From Lama guanicoe (Eukaryota), in contig MU053520.1 in the NCBI GenBank assembly GCA_013239625.1, forward strand, positions 276,934-340,933: 64,000 bases of DNA. The letters run 5' to 3'. This document shows, piece by piece, positions 63,601 through 64,000 of the stretch. The translations under genes and the position numbers were made by a program. Each line of letters starts with the position of its first letter. Within the stretch, counting starts at the first letter, position 1. The notes beneath the pieces are model-generated. The model did not search any database and was not told where the DNA came from. It was given only the letters and a program-made list of their open reading frames with translations.

Positions 63601-64000
63601 TGACATTTTAAAATTGAGTTATAATCATTTTACAATGTTGTGTCAAATTCCAGTATACAGCATGAACATAATTTTGGTCAACTAGTCTTTGACAAAAGAG
63701 GCAAGAATATACAATGGAGTAAAGACAGTCTCTTCAGCAAATGCTGTTGGGAAAACTGGACAGCAGCATGTAAATCAGTGAAGCTAGAACACTCCCTTAC
63801 ACCATACACAAAAATCAACTCAAAATGGATCAAAGATTTAAACATAAGACAAGATACAATAAGCTTCCTAGAAGAAAATATAGGCAATACATTATCTGGC
63901 ATACATCTCAAAAATGTTCTCCTAGGGCGGCCTACCCAAGCAATAGATATAAAAGCAAGAATAAACAAATGGGACCTAATGAAACTTACGTGCTTCTGCA
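63601..64000. mobile_element. Young L1 with inversion (short minus-strand 3' tip 63601-~63670, then plus-strand ORF2 running off the window)
   Basis: The tip matches the L1 3' terminus; from ~63673 the sequence is sense ORF2 (GQLVFDKRGKNIQW...CCWENW). Confidence 0.85.

Noticed and set aside
63500..63685. ORF (SFFL)n
   Set aside because: Translation of the (TTTC)n microsatellite

Overview
AT-rich, repeat-dense mammalian genomic DNA, probably camelid (alpaca, llama or camel), inferred from a tRNA-Ala-derived vic-1-like SINE. I can support no intact protein-coding gene. The recognisable ORFs in the track are decayed L1 pieces or their antisense frames, and the rest look like chance. The one likely host-gene signal is a candidate first exon on the minus strand at about 2505-2625, with a TATA-like box and a perfect AAG|GTAAGT donor, so most of the window would be upstream or intergenic. 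Contents: many LINE-1 copies of different ages, a decayed ERV1 provirus (13092-16575; tRNA-Ile-like PBS, gag and protease remnants, 4-bp TSD), several solo LTRs, MaLR LTRs, MIR/L2, hAT DNA transposon relics and microsatellites. Most interesting: (1) a TSD-bounded ~3.05-kb L1 derivative with full 5'UTR, ORF1 and 3' end, in which nearly all of ORF2 is removed exactly at an AG that looks like a splice acceptor (spliced or half-L1-like element); (2) a tailless internal L1 fragment flanked by a 15-bp TSD; (3) L1 cDNA end-points from three insertions clustering at one ORF2 position. Repeat family names come from recalled motifs, not a database search, and coordinates of old repeats are approximate.
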